The notes under the pieces: generated by a model
Told to the model about the DNA's origin: nothing
The model's database searches: none
The model's input: the letters and a program-made list of their open reading frames with translations, nothing else
Program-made: the position numbers and the translations under genes
Source: Octopus sinensis
Taxonomy: Eukaryota
NCBI RefSeq assembly: GCF_006345805.1
Contig: NC_043008.1
Span: 41,106,001 to 41,170,000 of the forward strand
DNA: 64,000 bases
Direction: 5' to 3'
Shown here: positions 53,130 to 64,000 of the stretch, one piece after another
Layout of the letters: each line of letters begins with the position of its first letter
Position numbering within the stretch: position 1 is the stretch's first letter

Positions 53130-54842
53130 CTAATTGGATGGTGATGGGTTCAGAAATGCTCTCAGAAATTTTCTATCAGGTCACGGTTTTCGTTAAACAT
53201 GAATTCATATTTTTAACAAAAAATGTAAATTTTGTCATTAAATGCAATACCTAAATAAGAAAATAACACTAACGAAATGGTACAAATATACTGCACGCAA
53301 TGTTTACAAATATATTACACGCAATGTTTAATTACACATCTTAGGATAGATATTTCTATGAAACTGGGGATTTTAGCTACACAAGGTGTGAATTTTTTTC
53401 TTTGCTGCTTTGCCTGGAGAGTTAACCTTCATGACAGTCGCTTTGCAAAGACCAGCAGTAGTCAGCCATTATGCAGACGTTCCACCTACCTCGATATCTA
53501 ATCTGCATGGTCTCGATTTCATCTTTCTCCTTGCCCATCAGTTATTGCAGTATGAGTTGGAATGAAGTAGTCCAGATGACTGCAGGAAATGCACTTTTAT
53601 AACCATGTGGCAACGGGTTGCCACATAGGTGTAAACGGGATCTGCACAAATATTTCATAATTCGATGAGTTCCTGTTTCTCAGAAAATCAGAAAAAAACA
53701 GCAGTCAAAGCAATCCATGTTTCCTTTTCAACTCCAGACATGATTTCCAAAAATGGCTCGTCTTGCATTGGCCACCTAATTTGTGAAAGAGAGCAACCTT
53801 CATTTTCTCACAGGACAAAACTGGAAACTTGGTACTTAAGTATTTGAAGCAGTCACGGACTCAGTTTATACATTAGATGGGGTACCCAAGCTTCGCCATT
53901 ATCACCAAGTTCCATGTCAAAGTAAGTAAGGTAAGCTTTCCTCATAAAATTTGTGATTTTGCTTCACCTGCTAGGTAAACTACAACACACACAAATATTG
54001 AAGAACACCTCGGGGTTGTTTTTGCATTTTCTTCTATCACCACTAGCCATATTTATGGAATACAAAGCATGTACTCAAGCCAGTTGCTACCTAAAAGAAT
54101 TACTTTCAGAATTGTCACTTATAAAATAAGCAAATGCAGATTTGTGATAGCAAAGTTTCATAAAGAGCATACTTACCATGAATTTCTTGCCACTGTTCTT
54201 TGACAATGCTTGATAAAAAAGTGACCTTCACCCATGTGATCTTACAATTAAAATAAAAATGTTGTTTTCAAAATACCAATTTTCATATAAATTAATTAAA
54301 GGTTCAAGAAAACATATTCCACTTGGCTTCCATTGATAATCACACCAAATCAAACACAGTGTAGGCATATCTGCAGACAAATTCAACAAATATGAGGAAT
54401 GTATGACGTCAAGGACCATACAAACATGTTGTTTATTAACGTATCATTGGATAAAGGACATAAACAAAGTCTTAAATGTCATCATCATGACATTTAAACT
54501 GGTTAGATAGAAAATAGTAAATGTTACTCAAATTTCATGTTTTTTTTATTTATACTTAAATTACGACTGTTGTTTTCACCTTTGTAGTTGCATTTACATA
54601 AATGATATCGAAAAGTATATTTTCAAAGTTATATCAAACACTATACATGGGTTTGCGCTTGATGAAGCAAAATGTATCCTTAAAGATAGTTTCCGTACAT
54701 GAAATATTGAAAACTGGACATCTCAGTTTGTGACAAAATTTAACGCGATAGAGCAAAATAAATTTCATTTTTGAAAGCAGCGCCCCAAAATTACTAGGAA
54801 ACATGTCTCCGACACCAGACAACACAAATTGTGTTTCCCAGT
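53130..54842 (-). mobile_element. Chapaev3 (CMC superfamily) DNA transposon, internally deleted; transposase remnant 53385-54050
   Basis: MASGDRRKCKNNPEVFFNIC...ITNFMRKAYLTYFDMELGDNGEAWVPH joined to FKYLSTKFP...QIR..MQD...EKETW...CHMVIKVHFL...GRWNVCIMADYCWSL. Putative terminus ACTGGGAAACACAATTT at 54826-54842 (minus). Confidence 0.85.
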
Positions 54843-56089
54843 TTTATTTAAATTACTACAGGTGCGCATATTTTAGGTCACGCACGCTTTCATGATCATT
54901 ATGCATGTCTGCATTTAATTTAATATAATTTATTAGAAAGAAATTTCAAAGTTGTTACTGACAATGTTTGAAACTAGAAATCAGTAGCTGTTTTTAAAAG
55001 AGGTGAATTAAATAGACTATATCACTCTTCGATTTGTGTAGTATTACGCCCAAGTTAGAAATCAAATCAGTTCTATAATATAAAAATAATATATAAAATT
55101 CTGAACACACATCTAAGCTCACTCGCCGATAAAAAATTTGTGAGGTGTGAAGAAAAAAGGAAAACAATATGTTTACACCCAGGCTTTAAGAGAAAAATCT
55201 GAAGCAATTTTCTTCGTAGTGTAAAATCAGTAATCTCTGAAACACCTTCGTCTGAATCCAGAGATTTCTTTGTCTTTAATTAGCATTGATTAACGGTTCT
55301 GCTTTACATCACTATTGATAATACGATTGACGTGTATTAAAGCCTGCCTTCAATATTTAAAAACAAAATAAGAAGCAGAGAAAAATTGTGTTGCAAAAGA
55401 AAACAAGTACAAACCATACAAAACAATATGAATATTTTAACTGAGAAAATTCATTTGTACATTAAAAAATTAAAATGAATGACAAAAAGTTTCTTTTGAA
55501 ACACAGATCAGCTGTTGACTAGGAATTAACAACGGTTTTAACTAGCTATGCAATTAAATAGATTACATTTAAATAATTTTACACGAGGTACTCAATTTTA
55601 GCACTTTGGTACTGATACTAGGCCACACGGTCTTTTATCATTACGACACTGGGAGCAAAATCACTTCCTACCATATCTATCTTTTTAGAATGTGAAATAA
55701 AATATCAAACCATAACAATGGCATACAGCTTCTTACTGATTGAGAGACCAGAGTAATGAGAGGAAGAAAAGTTGATAGCTTACTTATTTCTTATATTGAG
55801 GGGCTGTTTCGTTCCGTGTAGAATCTAAAATATTAAAGCAAACTAACAGAGCCGAAGAGTACATTAACAGTTGTAAGTGTTAAGCAGCAACATGTTCTTT
55901 ATTATGATTTCACCCCAATGCAACACTAAATTGCATTCATATACAATTAAATTCATTTTAGTCTCGACTGCTCCGTCTTCACTGCCGAGGTTATCTAGGG
56001 TTATCGTTCCATTTTAAAGAGATACAGGCGTGAAACGAAATAGATTTTCTTCCTAGTAAGACGAAGTCCTAGCTAAATGCTTCCCCCTT

Positions 56090-56510
56090 AACTTAAGTCT
56101 TCGCGAGGCTTAGTTGTATAAATCTGATTGATACAATCTTGTAATATCAATATTATTATTTCAACACAGTTGCAACGTGCGTAATTCGAAGGCATGATTG
56201 AAAGCATTGTAAATATACCATTAGAGCTACTGCTTCGGTACCCAAAATTTTTCAAGCACTGGTTTCTGCTCAGCAACCGAGCGGCATGCAACAAAACTTA
56301 ACACGATGTGCAACTTTGAGGGAAAATCAATAGAAGTTTGCTACATAATATCTGCATTCGGCTAGATGTCATGAATGCTTAAGCAAGGATATTTATTAAA
56401 TTATTATAGACAACCATGCACAAGTTTATATCTAGTAAAATGTCTCGGTCCCATTTTCCTCCAAGAAATGATATTACCTCTGGCAACTGGATTGGCAAAC
56501 CATAGCAATC
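56090..56510 (-). pseudogene. Decayed ORF, unassigned
   Basis: YGLPIQLPEVISFLGGKWDRDILLDINLCMVVYNNLINILA*...: ~140 codons with two internal stops. Confidence 0.3.
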
Positions 56511-56699
56511 ATTCTGTAGTAATTTTTTTTTAAATGTGTAGATATAGATGACAACACTGAATATAATTAAGCCAGCTCGTATTCTTCAAATTTATTACAA
56601 CATTTGCAACTTAGACATATTGCCAAGTAATATAAAATCGAAAATACGTTTAGATAGTCTCATATATATTATCTTATATTATAGAAAGTCTCGGTATAT

Positions 56700-57060
56700 A
56701 TATATGACAGAAAATACCGATGTAGAGAGAAGGCTCATACGGATTTCAACTAGAAGATCGCGTGGTGAAGCTCTGAACATCTGACTAGGCATTAGATAAA
56801 CGAAACTTATGTGTGAGCTCCAAACTGCGAACAATGCAGAGAAGCTTGTCATATTGGGCGAAAGAGTCGTCAACAGAGTCTCAATCATTCCAAGTGTCAG
56901 GTAGTTATGTCGTTATTCATATCAGGCGGAGGAAGCTATTTAAGAGTAATATGTATTTAGAAAACATACTTGCTGTATTCCATAGACAAAGGGCACGCTG
57001 CAATCAGACTGACGGACATATTGATTTAGCAATAAATAAAGTAATTAGAAGCTTGTTTTT
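56700..57060 (+). mobile_element. Possible ancient RTE reverse-transcriptase remnant
   Basis: ISTRRSRGEALNI...TKLMCELQTANNA (cf. RT.GKLFN...ELLFADDA) and TDGHIDLAINK (cf. DG.ID.EI..RI). Confidence 0.3.
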
Positions 57061-58329
57061 CAAGTGTGTCATGAGGTTTATTTGCAATATATTATGTTAA
57101 TATTTGTATATCAAAATATTCCACACGCTTTCACTTATTTAAGTAAGTATATTATCAAAGATATACGTATCACTTGTATTATAAGGTTCAATAACATATC
57201 GTATTCATCTTCACAAAGCATGTTGCAATTTAAACAAATTTTTCCCCCCATCAGAGCAAAATGTGGTGGATAGTAGAGACGATATGAGGCTACGATCGAT
57301 ATAATTTAAAATTTGCCTGAGACAAATATAATAACGCATATATTTCCACAAGTTTGTCATTTTTCCCAATAAATCCATACTAACGGAGACATATTCCGTA
57401 GAATGGAATGACTAGAATTAATCATGTCATTCCCGAAACATTACTCGAAATCTCAAATCGATTCCATGTTTTAATAACCGTACCCTTTAAAAAATTTCAC
57501 TGATAATTTCAATATATCTATGGTTTATCTTGACCAAACAAATTTTTCTTATTGTCAATATTTACGCTTTTAATGCACAGAGCATTAGTTCCTTATATGT
57601 CGATATATGTATTATCGATACATTATATATGGTACATGGAACTGCATCTTAATGTTTGCTTATCCCAGTTTTCTTTCTGATATTTTTTTTTAAATATGAT
57701 GAAGAAAATTCAATATATTTTGGATGTCGAAATCCGGTGATAAATTTACGTTTTAGTAATGGCAAATATGAACGTCTATAAATTAAAGTTCATTCTGATC
57801 CCTTGAAACGCTTTTTTTTTTATTTTGTATTAAGAAATGGGGAAATGCTACAATACCGGCACTATTCTTATAAGTAGTTTAAAATCCTTTTTCCAATAAG
57901 GCAGAAAACATTACGACAGTAATAGGAATGAAATAACTAATACAAATGTAAACGGAATAAATAAAATTCGGAAGTATGACAGCCAATGTTCTGCAGTCCA
58001 ATCATATCTATATGACGGAGCAGCGAGGACGCCGCTCGATTTTCACCCAACTTTCTAGAAAAATTGGTAAAACTCCGCCAATTGTTCTGGAATAAAGCAT
58101 ATTACAGTAATAGATAATTCTATTTAAATATCAGCAGGTAATTTCTCTTCAAAATATATGGGTTGGTATTAGTGTCTATGCTCTCTTTACTGATAGAAAT
58201 ATAATTATGTATGTATAGATTAAATTTGTGTCCATATTTATATATATTTACACACACATACATGCGTAAATTATACATCTACCTATACATATATACATAT
58301 CCATCGAATTCACAGCATAATCTATTTGT

Positions 58330-59030
58330 AATGAACTACTATTCCTGGATGTCCATATAAAAATACAGAAATACAGTCAAAACAGACATATTTTACAAGA
58401 AACTGACACCTGGGGGAAAAGTTAATAAAAACACGATTCGGTTCGTTAACACACAGAGTCCTGGAATGAGCGACATCTTTCACGCCATAAGGTCGAACTT
58501 AGATATACTCTTATAAAACCCCAAAATGAAAAATCTGATTGAAAAAAGCACCTTAGGAAATAATAGAAGCCAAACAAAAAATCTTGAAAAACTCCTCATA
58601 AGGGCAGAATTGACATCGGAGAATGAATCAGAATTCTTAGTAAAAGAATGCGGAGATAGATGTAAAACATGCAAACACAACAATTTTACATACTTAGAAA
58701 ATGGTTCCCACGTAAAATTTCAAAAGCGGATCCCTTTTCAAAGTAAATGCAGATATTAACTGCAAAGTGCAAAACCTCATATACTGCATTACTTGTACAC
58801 ACTGACGACAAAATTACATTGGCGAAATAATTCCCTCTGCCAACGTGCAAGAATCCACAGGCAGCATATCGGACAAGAGGAATGATGCAAGATTCTATTA
58901 AGTAAGTATCTGGAAATATGCAGCGACGGAATATTAAAGATGTTCCCCTTTTACACATGTGCACGTTACAATCCGCAAAGCCGAAAAGAAATGGAACTAC
59001 ATTTCATCATAAGATTTTCTTCAAAAGTGA
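58330..59030 (+). mobile_element. Penelope-like element fragment: RT C-terminus + GIY-YIG endonuclease
   Basis: ELLFLDVHI, VKTDIFYK, NLEKLLIRA, CGDRCKTC, INCKVQNLIYCITCTH*RQNYIGE. Confidence 0.9.
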
Positions 59031-59519
59031 ATGTTTGATAGAAAAGCAGAGTCTGTACATTTTATCTTTTAAATATAACTCAAATATTGGAAACATGATG
59101 GTGTTTTTGCGTGGCATTGAGATGTTTTAAGCTTGGCGTGTTTTTCTATTTTGTAAGTTTTGTACTAATATTTTCTAATGCAAAAACTGAAATTGAAAGA
59201 ATCGTGTTTTGTTTTCAAATGCAAAACATCTAAGTTACACAGTATAAACACGGGTTATGTTTCCAAACACACACACACGCACAAACACACGCAGACACGC
59301 AGACATGCACAGGTACACGCACACACTAACACCGTCACTTCATCAAGGGATTGTTTCCAAATTGAATATTTTAAGGTAAAGGGAAAATTTCGCATTTTAT
59401 TCCAGATGTGGTTCTTCTCTACAAATGTTCAGGCATATATATGTGTAGCATTGGGATGTTACAATTTGGCGTATATGTTTGTTTTGTTCTTTTGTAATTT
59501 GTAAATATTGTATGAATGC

Positions 59520-59675
59520 TGTCTTCATTATTTACATTACTTAACTTTGAGGGATATTTGTCCTCATCTTGATTGTGGTGAACACAACGTTGCGGCTGAT
59601 ATACCCTCCAGCCATTGGGGAGATTTGGAACCTAGGTTCTCATTTCTAATGTATTTTTCGATGTTGTTGTTGTTG

Positions 59676-59757
<82 letters not shown>

Positions 59758-59869
59758 TACTGCTACTACTACTACTACTACTACCTGGAATCGAACTCGG
59801 AAGTTTGAGGTTAGTAGCCCGCGCTCTTAACCACTACGCAATATGCTGTAGTATAATAAAAATTATAAA

Positions 59870-59947
<78 letters not shown>

Positions 59948-60170
59948 AAGAAGAAGAAGAAGAAGAAGAAGAAGAAGAAGAAGAAGAAGAAGAAGATCGA
60001 AAAATACCTTAGGAATGAGAGCCCAGGTCCGAAATTTCCCTAAGACACCCGATGAAGGCTAGATGTTAAATCAGACGAAACGTTGTGTTAACAACAAACA
60101 AGATGAGGACATCCCTCAAACGTAAATAATGCAAATAGTGTACATAATTCCTCATCTCTTTGATATAGAA
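59520..60170. mobile_element. Inverted pair of a Penelope-type terminal repeat enclosing (TTA)n, a tRNA-like SINE head (59784-59846, minus), (TAA)n and (GAA)n
   Basis: 59520-59662 is the imperfect reverse complement of 59996-60155. The right copy has a mutated hammerhead gacacCCGATGA...GAAACGTTgtgtt (60044-60089). Confidence 0.75.
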
Positions 60171-60524
60171 CTGTAATGTTTTTTCATGCAGAAACGTGAT
60201 ATTTAGACAAGCGTGATTTTGTTTTTCAATGCAAAACATCGAAGTTGCAGTGTAAACATAAACACAGACATATTGCCAAACACATGAACTCACAGGCACC
60301 CTCACACACACACACATGTATATATTTATACATACATACATACATAAATTATAGCAACATTCGTCCTAAATCAGAACTGCTATCTTATGTTGGCAAATAA
60401 GCTTGCTGAATATTTCTCGTTGAGAGATGTACATATAGTAATTTTCAACACACATATATATATATATATTTACATTTTCATGTTTAGAATCTTAAGAAAG
60501 GAAAAAGAGGAAAAAAGAAAGTAA

Positions 60525-61800
60525 GTTGGGCGGGGAGGAGTGGGATAACTTTAGGGTAGAACTATTAAAAATAGAGTGATATCTCTGTTGACGAGGGAAA
60601 TGGGAGTCTAGTATATTTAAAAAGGGTTTAGCTAAGTTCTTCACGTTTAGTGAGAAGTGTGGCGTATACCATAGAATAGAGCCTCCGCCGTTTTTTGTTG
60701 CTTAAGTATAGTGCTATCTATATTTTGAGGAATTAAAGTGGGTTAATATAGCCAATTTTTGTTAGCCGTTTTAGCTTTTGACCTAGTGTTATATGTGTGC
60801 GTGTGGGCTCTTAATCTTCGTTCTCCCGGGGTTCTAATATAGTGCATTAATCTGTTGTGATTCTGGTGGTTGGCATGAAGTTGTGATATGATTTAAGATA
60901 TAGGTTGATTAAGGCTAGTATTAGGGATGTATTTTATTTGTTGGGAGAAGCCACTAGCAGCGAGGGCTTGGTTGTAATATGAGGCGTGGTTATCGAATAT
61001 TTCCTCGGTGGATGATAGGTCAGATATAAGAATAGAGATACCCTTAAATGTGGATTTCTGGTGATTTGAATTAATGTTTAAGTATTTAAAGTATTGGTTA
61101 GATTTGTGATATGGGGAGTATTAGGAGGTTTCTAAGTTTAAAGTTACATCTAGAAAATGAGTGGTTTTCCAATGCAATACATAGATTGAGGCTAGAGAAC
61201 AATTTGTGTAGATCTTTCCTAGTTCATTCTAAAGAGAATTTACTTAAGATCTTGGTGATTAGCAAGCCGTCATCTCTGTAGGAGTCTTCCTTGATGTTAG
61301 GGAAATGTATCTGGAGCTGGTGGGGTGTGTATAGTCCGACGAGTTCGGTGACATGGGCTGAGTCGGATGATCCCATAGTAAAGTCGAATAATTTGTTATG
61401 GCTATTGTTCGAGTTATAGTGTTTGGACCGGCACCAAAGTTTGTCCTCAAAAGAAATAAGGGTTTTACGGGCATTAAGGATTATGTTAATTTCCAGTGGT
61501 GTTAGGTCAGTTAGTTTCCTAGCAAGAAGTAGCGCTTGAGTAAGACGTTTGTGAGAAACAGAAGAGTAGTTATTATTTATATCGACTTGTAGGAAAGAAT
61601 ATTTTTTGTTGTTTAAGAGATGGAACCTGTACAGGACCATAAGTTGACATCCAGTTTCTCCTTGACGATTGGAATTATTTTATGTAGAATATCAATACTT
61701 ATTCTTCCTAGGTCGGATGTAGTAGGGCATATGAGGCTTATTGATGGTTTAATTATGGAGTCCTTCTTATGATTTTTAAGGTTGATGTGTGATGTAAGGC
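60525..61800 (-). mobile_element. Penelope-like element RT fragment (Naiad-like)
   Basis: HINLKNHK...ISLICPTTSDLGRIS, FLQVDINNNYSSV, LFDFTMGSSDSAHVTELVGLY, YRDDGL, and downstream ILWYTPHFSLNVKNLAKPFLNILDSHFP...IFNSSTLKLS. Confidence 0.88.
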
Positions 61801-62424
61801 AGTAGGGTTCTTGCTTTACTTTCCTCTGTAACCATCCCTTGATTTCATTCTAACATATCACCACATCTCACACAGCTCACACATATTCGTTACATACATT
61901 CTAATCGCTCCTCCCCATCCCCTACTTCTCTCCCATCACCTCATAATATCTTGACCATTAACTAACACTCCTTTTTCTCGTCCTTATACTTTTCATTTCT
62001 TCTTTCTCTTTTTCCTCCTTCTTTTCTCACCTATTTCTCTGGCCTATATCTTCATTTTAACATACATATTTCTTCTCTCCTATCTATCAACTTAATACTA
62101 CCAATGCATTGTCAAATTTTCATTCACAACATAAGACTCTCTCAATGAGCATCACATAGAATCTATGTCTCCACACTTTCCGCTTGTGATGACAAAATAT
62201 AAACTCCTATTTGAATTTACATACCACGGACAGGAAGCATTTCTACCATTTCTACACACCGTTTTCCTTGGATAATGGAACTGCAACTATAACATTTTAT
62301 ACGCTTTTATTTTCATTTCTACATTCATTCGCTTATTTCCCTATATACTCCTTATTTACGTCCTTTTCCAAAATAAATCCTGATATTAAACTCTAATAAT
62401 TCCATCTGTTTAACCATGAAATAA

Positions 62425-62475
62425 CCTCTCTGATGAAGGACTATCCCTAATATCCCAGAAACAGCTGTAAGTCTA
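62425..62475 (+). ncRNA. Minimal hammerhead ribozyme motif (Penelope-type), partly degraded
   Basis: CTGATGA (62430-62436), weak gga/tcc stem II, GAAA-CAGCTG-TA with palindromic stem III (62458-62469); stem I poorly paired. Confidence 0.6.
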
Positions 62476-62843
62476 ACTTTCTCTTTAGAAATGACCTGAA
62501 AATTCCACCGAGCCATGGCTTTGTTTTCTCATTTTAATTAACATATGTTTGTGTGTGGGTGTGTGAGTGTGTGAGTGACTGTGTGTGTGTGTGTGTGTGT
62601 GGTGTGTGTGTGTGTGCGTGTGTGTGTGTGTGTGTATTTACATAGGGCAATGTACAAAATACACACCGAAAAATTATATAAACAACTGAAGGAATTCAAT
62701 TTACACGATGGCGTGCATACATGAAAAGCATAATACATACATTATACATATTTCGAATGAATAGAGCCGAAAAGTCAAGTAAAGGTCACTCATGCTATCA
62801 TAATTTGCCGAAGAACAATGAGAAGATATAAATTTAAAACGCC

Positions 62844-63975
62844 ATGATAATTGGTTTTCGAATATCTTACCGTAAGAAATGCTTTAAAAAATGTCCTTGA
62901 TTATTCACAATGATTTTCATATCATAAATAAAGACATTAATATAAAATGCGTGAATTAGAAATCAACTTTATATTCACGTTTATTTCAATTCCTTCATAT
63001 TTTATTCATGCTAACGTTTTTTTTTTTAATTTCAAATTCTTTCTGTTTGTTAAATGAGACTTTCTTTCTATACATTCCTGTATCTATAAATGTTTTTAAA
63101 ACTCGCTTATTTATATACCTTTTCTATATATTTTTAATATTGCTTATGGTTTACTATTTTCACAGCATGTATTAACTTGTGATGGTTCTGGAATCGAGTT
63201 TACTAAGATTCCCACAAATCCAAGCTTCAATCCCTCTCAATTGTCACTTTTTTTATTACGAGTTGGATTCCTTAAAATTTTCCATTGTGATATAATCCTA
63301 TTCTGATATCCGTCTTTCTTTTTCTACAGTGACAGTCCATATAAAGTAAGCAAATAACGTACGTAAGAGACTTAATTTTAACAGAGTTTCAAACGATATA
63401 GTCAGCCAAGTTGAAATAGATTTCGCTAAGTTTAAGCTAGACATCAGTGAAAAACAACAATACTTAATAAGTAATACCAATGATAATAATTCGTCAAAGA
63501 CGCTTGTTTATGCAAGGACATTCTAGATAATGCATTGTTTGAAATACCTCGATACACATGAGAATCATAAATCATGGGAGCCTAAAACATTTGCAGCTGC
63601 CGCGCTGTTACCGAAAACAGTAATGAAAACCAAATAAATATCATAAGTTAAGAGCAATAAAATATATTATAAAGAAACTATGAGACACTTATCTTCCAAA
63701 ACATATTGTATGCTTTGATTGCGGCTTTAAGATACAGTATACACAATCTTCATTATATCTGGAAATGTATCATATATGTGCTGCTTTCTCTTTGTAGAAG
63801 CAACATGCCTAATGCAATATTAGCTTCTATCAAATTGATATTACATCGTAGACGGACGAATCAGCACGGCGTCAGGCCGTAGTCATGCAGATAAATCCCT
63901 CTCACTGATTTTAGCTCGCTCCTCTCTTCTTCCATTACCAAGATGTCTGTGAAAACAGGCTTGTATTTGATTACA
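62844..63975 (+). pseudogene. Endogenous negative-strand RNA virus L protein, RdRp catalytic core remnant (Mononegavirales/Jingchuvirales-type)
   Basis: In order: MIIG...KKCFKKCP*LFTM (pre-A/F, 62844-62912), LEIN, ~320-bp interruption, DIRLSFSTVTV...VRKRL, motif A VEIDFAKF (D 63419) with RT exactly 32 codons later, motif B LRAIKYIIKKL* (63648-63683; cf. LGGIEG..QKLW), motif C SG-NV (63758-63769; cf. xGDN). Confidence 0.7.
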
Positions 63976-63978
63976 ATT

Positions 63979-64000
63979 TAACCCTAACCCTAACCCTAAC
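63979..64000 (-). repeat. Telomere-type repeat (TAACCC)n running off the window end
   Basis: taaccctaaccctaaccctaac, 3.7 units visible. Confidence 0.8.

Noticed and set aside
60525-61800. Selenoprotein-type recoding reported for some Naiad elements
   Set aside because: This copy is degraded with frameshifts and mixed stops; no SECIS or conserved UGA can be argued from it.
63315-63530. Host exon (polypyrimidine tract + CAG at ~63329)
   Set aside because: The frame extends across the putative acceptor with L-protein-like residues and contains stops; better explained as an EVE.
63979-64000. True chromosome end
   Set aside because: Wrong strand orientation for a right-hand telomere.

Overview
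Very AT-rich, microsatellite-dense eukaryotic DNA with no intact host gene that I can see. The SINE families look like those of octopus (coleoid cephalopod) genomes; that assignment is recalled, not searched. Most long ORFs in the supplied track are microsatellite translations. Recognisable content: many tRNA-derived SINEs; Tc1/mariner, Chapaev3, Helitron and MITE-like DNA elements; RTE fragments; a dense cluster of Dong/R4-type (REL endonuclease) LINE 3' ends embedded in (TAA)n tracts at 39.8-47.3 kb; two Penelope-like element fragments; several hammerhead-ribozyme motifs, one apparently intact (U3-A8 core variant) inside a 367-bp retrozyme-like unit. Main observation: much of the non-repeat sequence between these elements reads as decayed protein-coding DNA, and several pieces keep ordered, correctly spaced motifs of RNA-virus replicases. 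These are a negative-strand (Mononegavirales/Jingchuvirales-type) L protein RdRp core (62.8-64.0 kb), its capping region (33.8-35.3 kb) and methyltransferase (27.5-28.5 kb), plus a positive-strand alpha-like SF1 helicase (1.2-2.4 kb). The window may therefore be an ancient endogenous-viral-element graveyard, possibly a piRNA-cluster-like locus. All motif matches were made by eye against remembered reference motifs and need profile searches to confirm.
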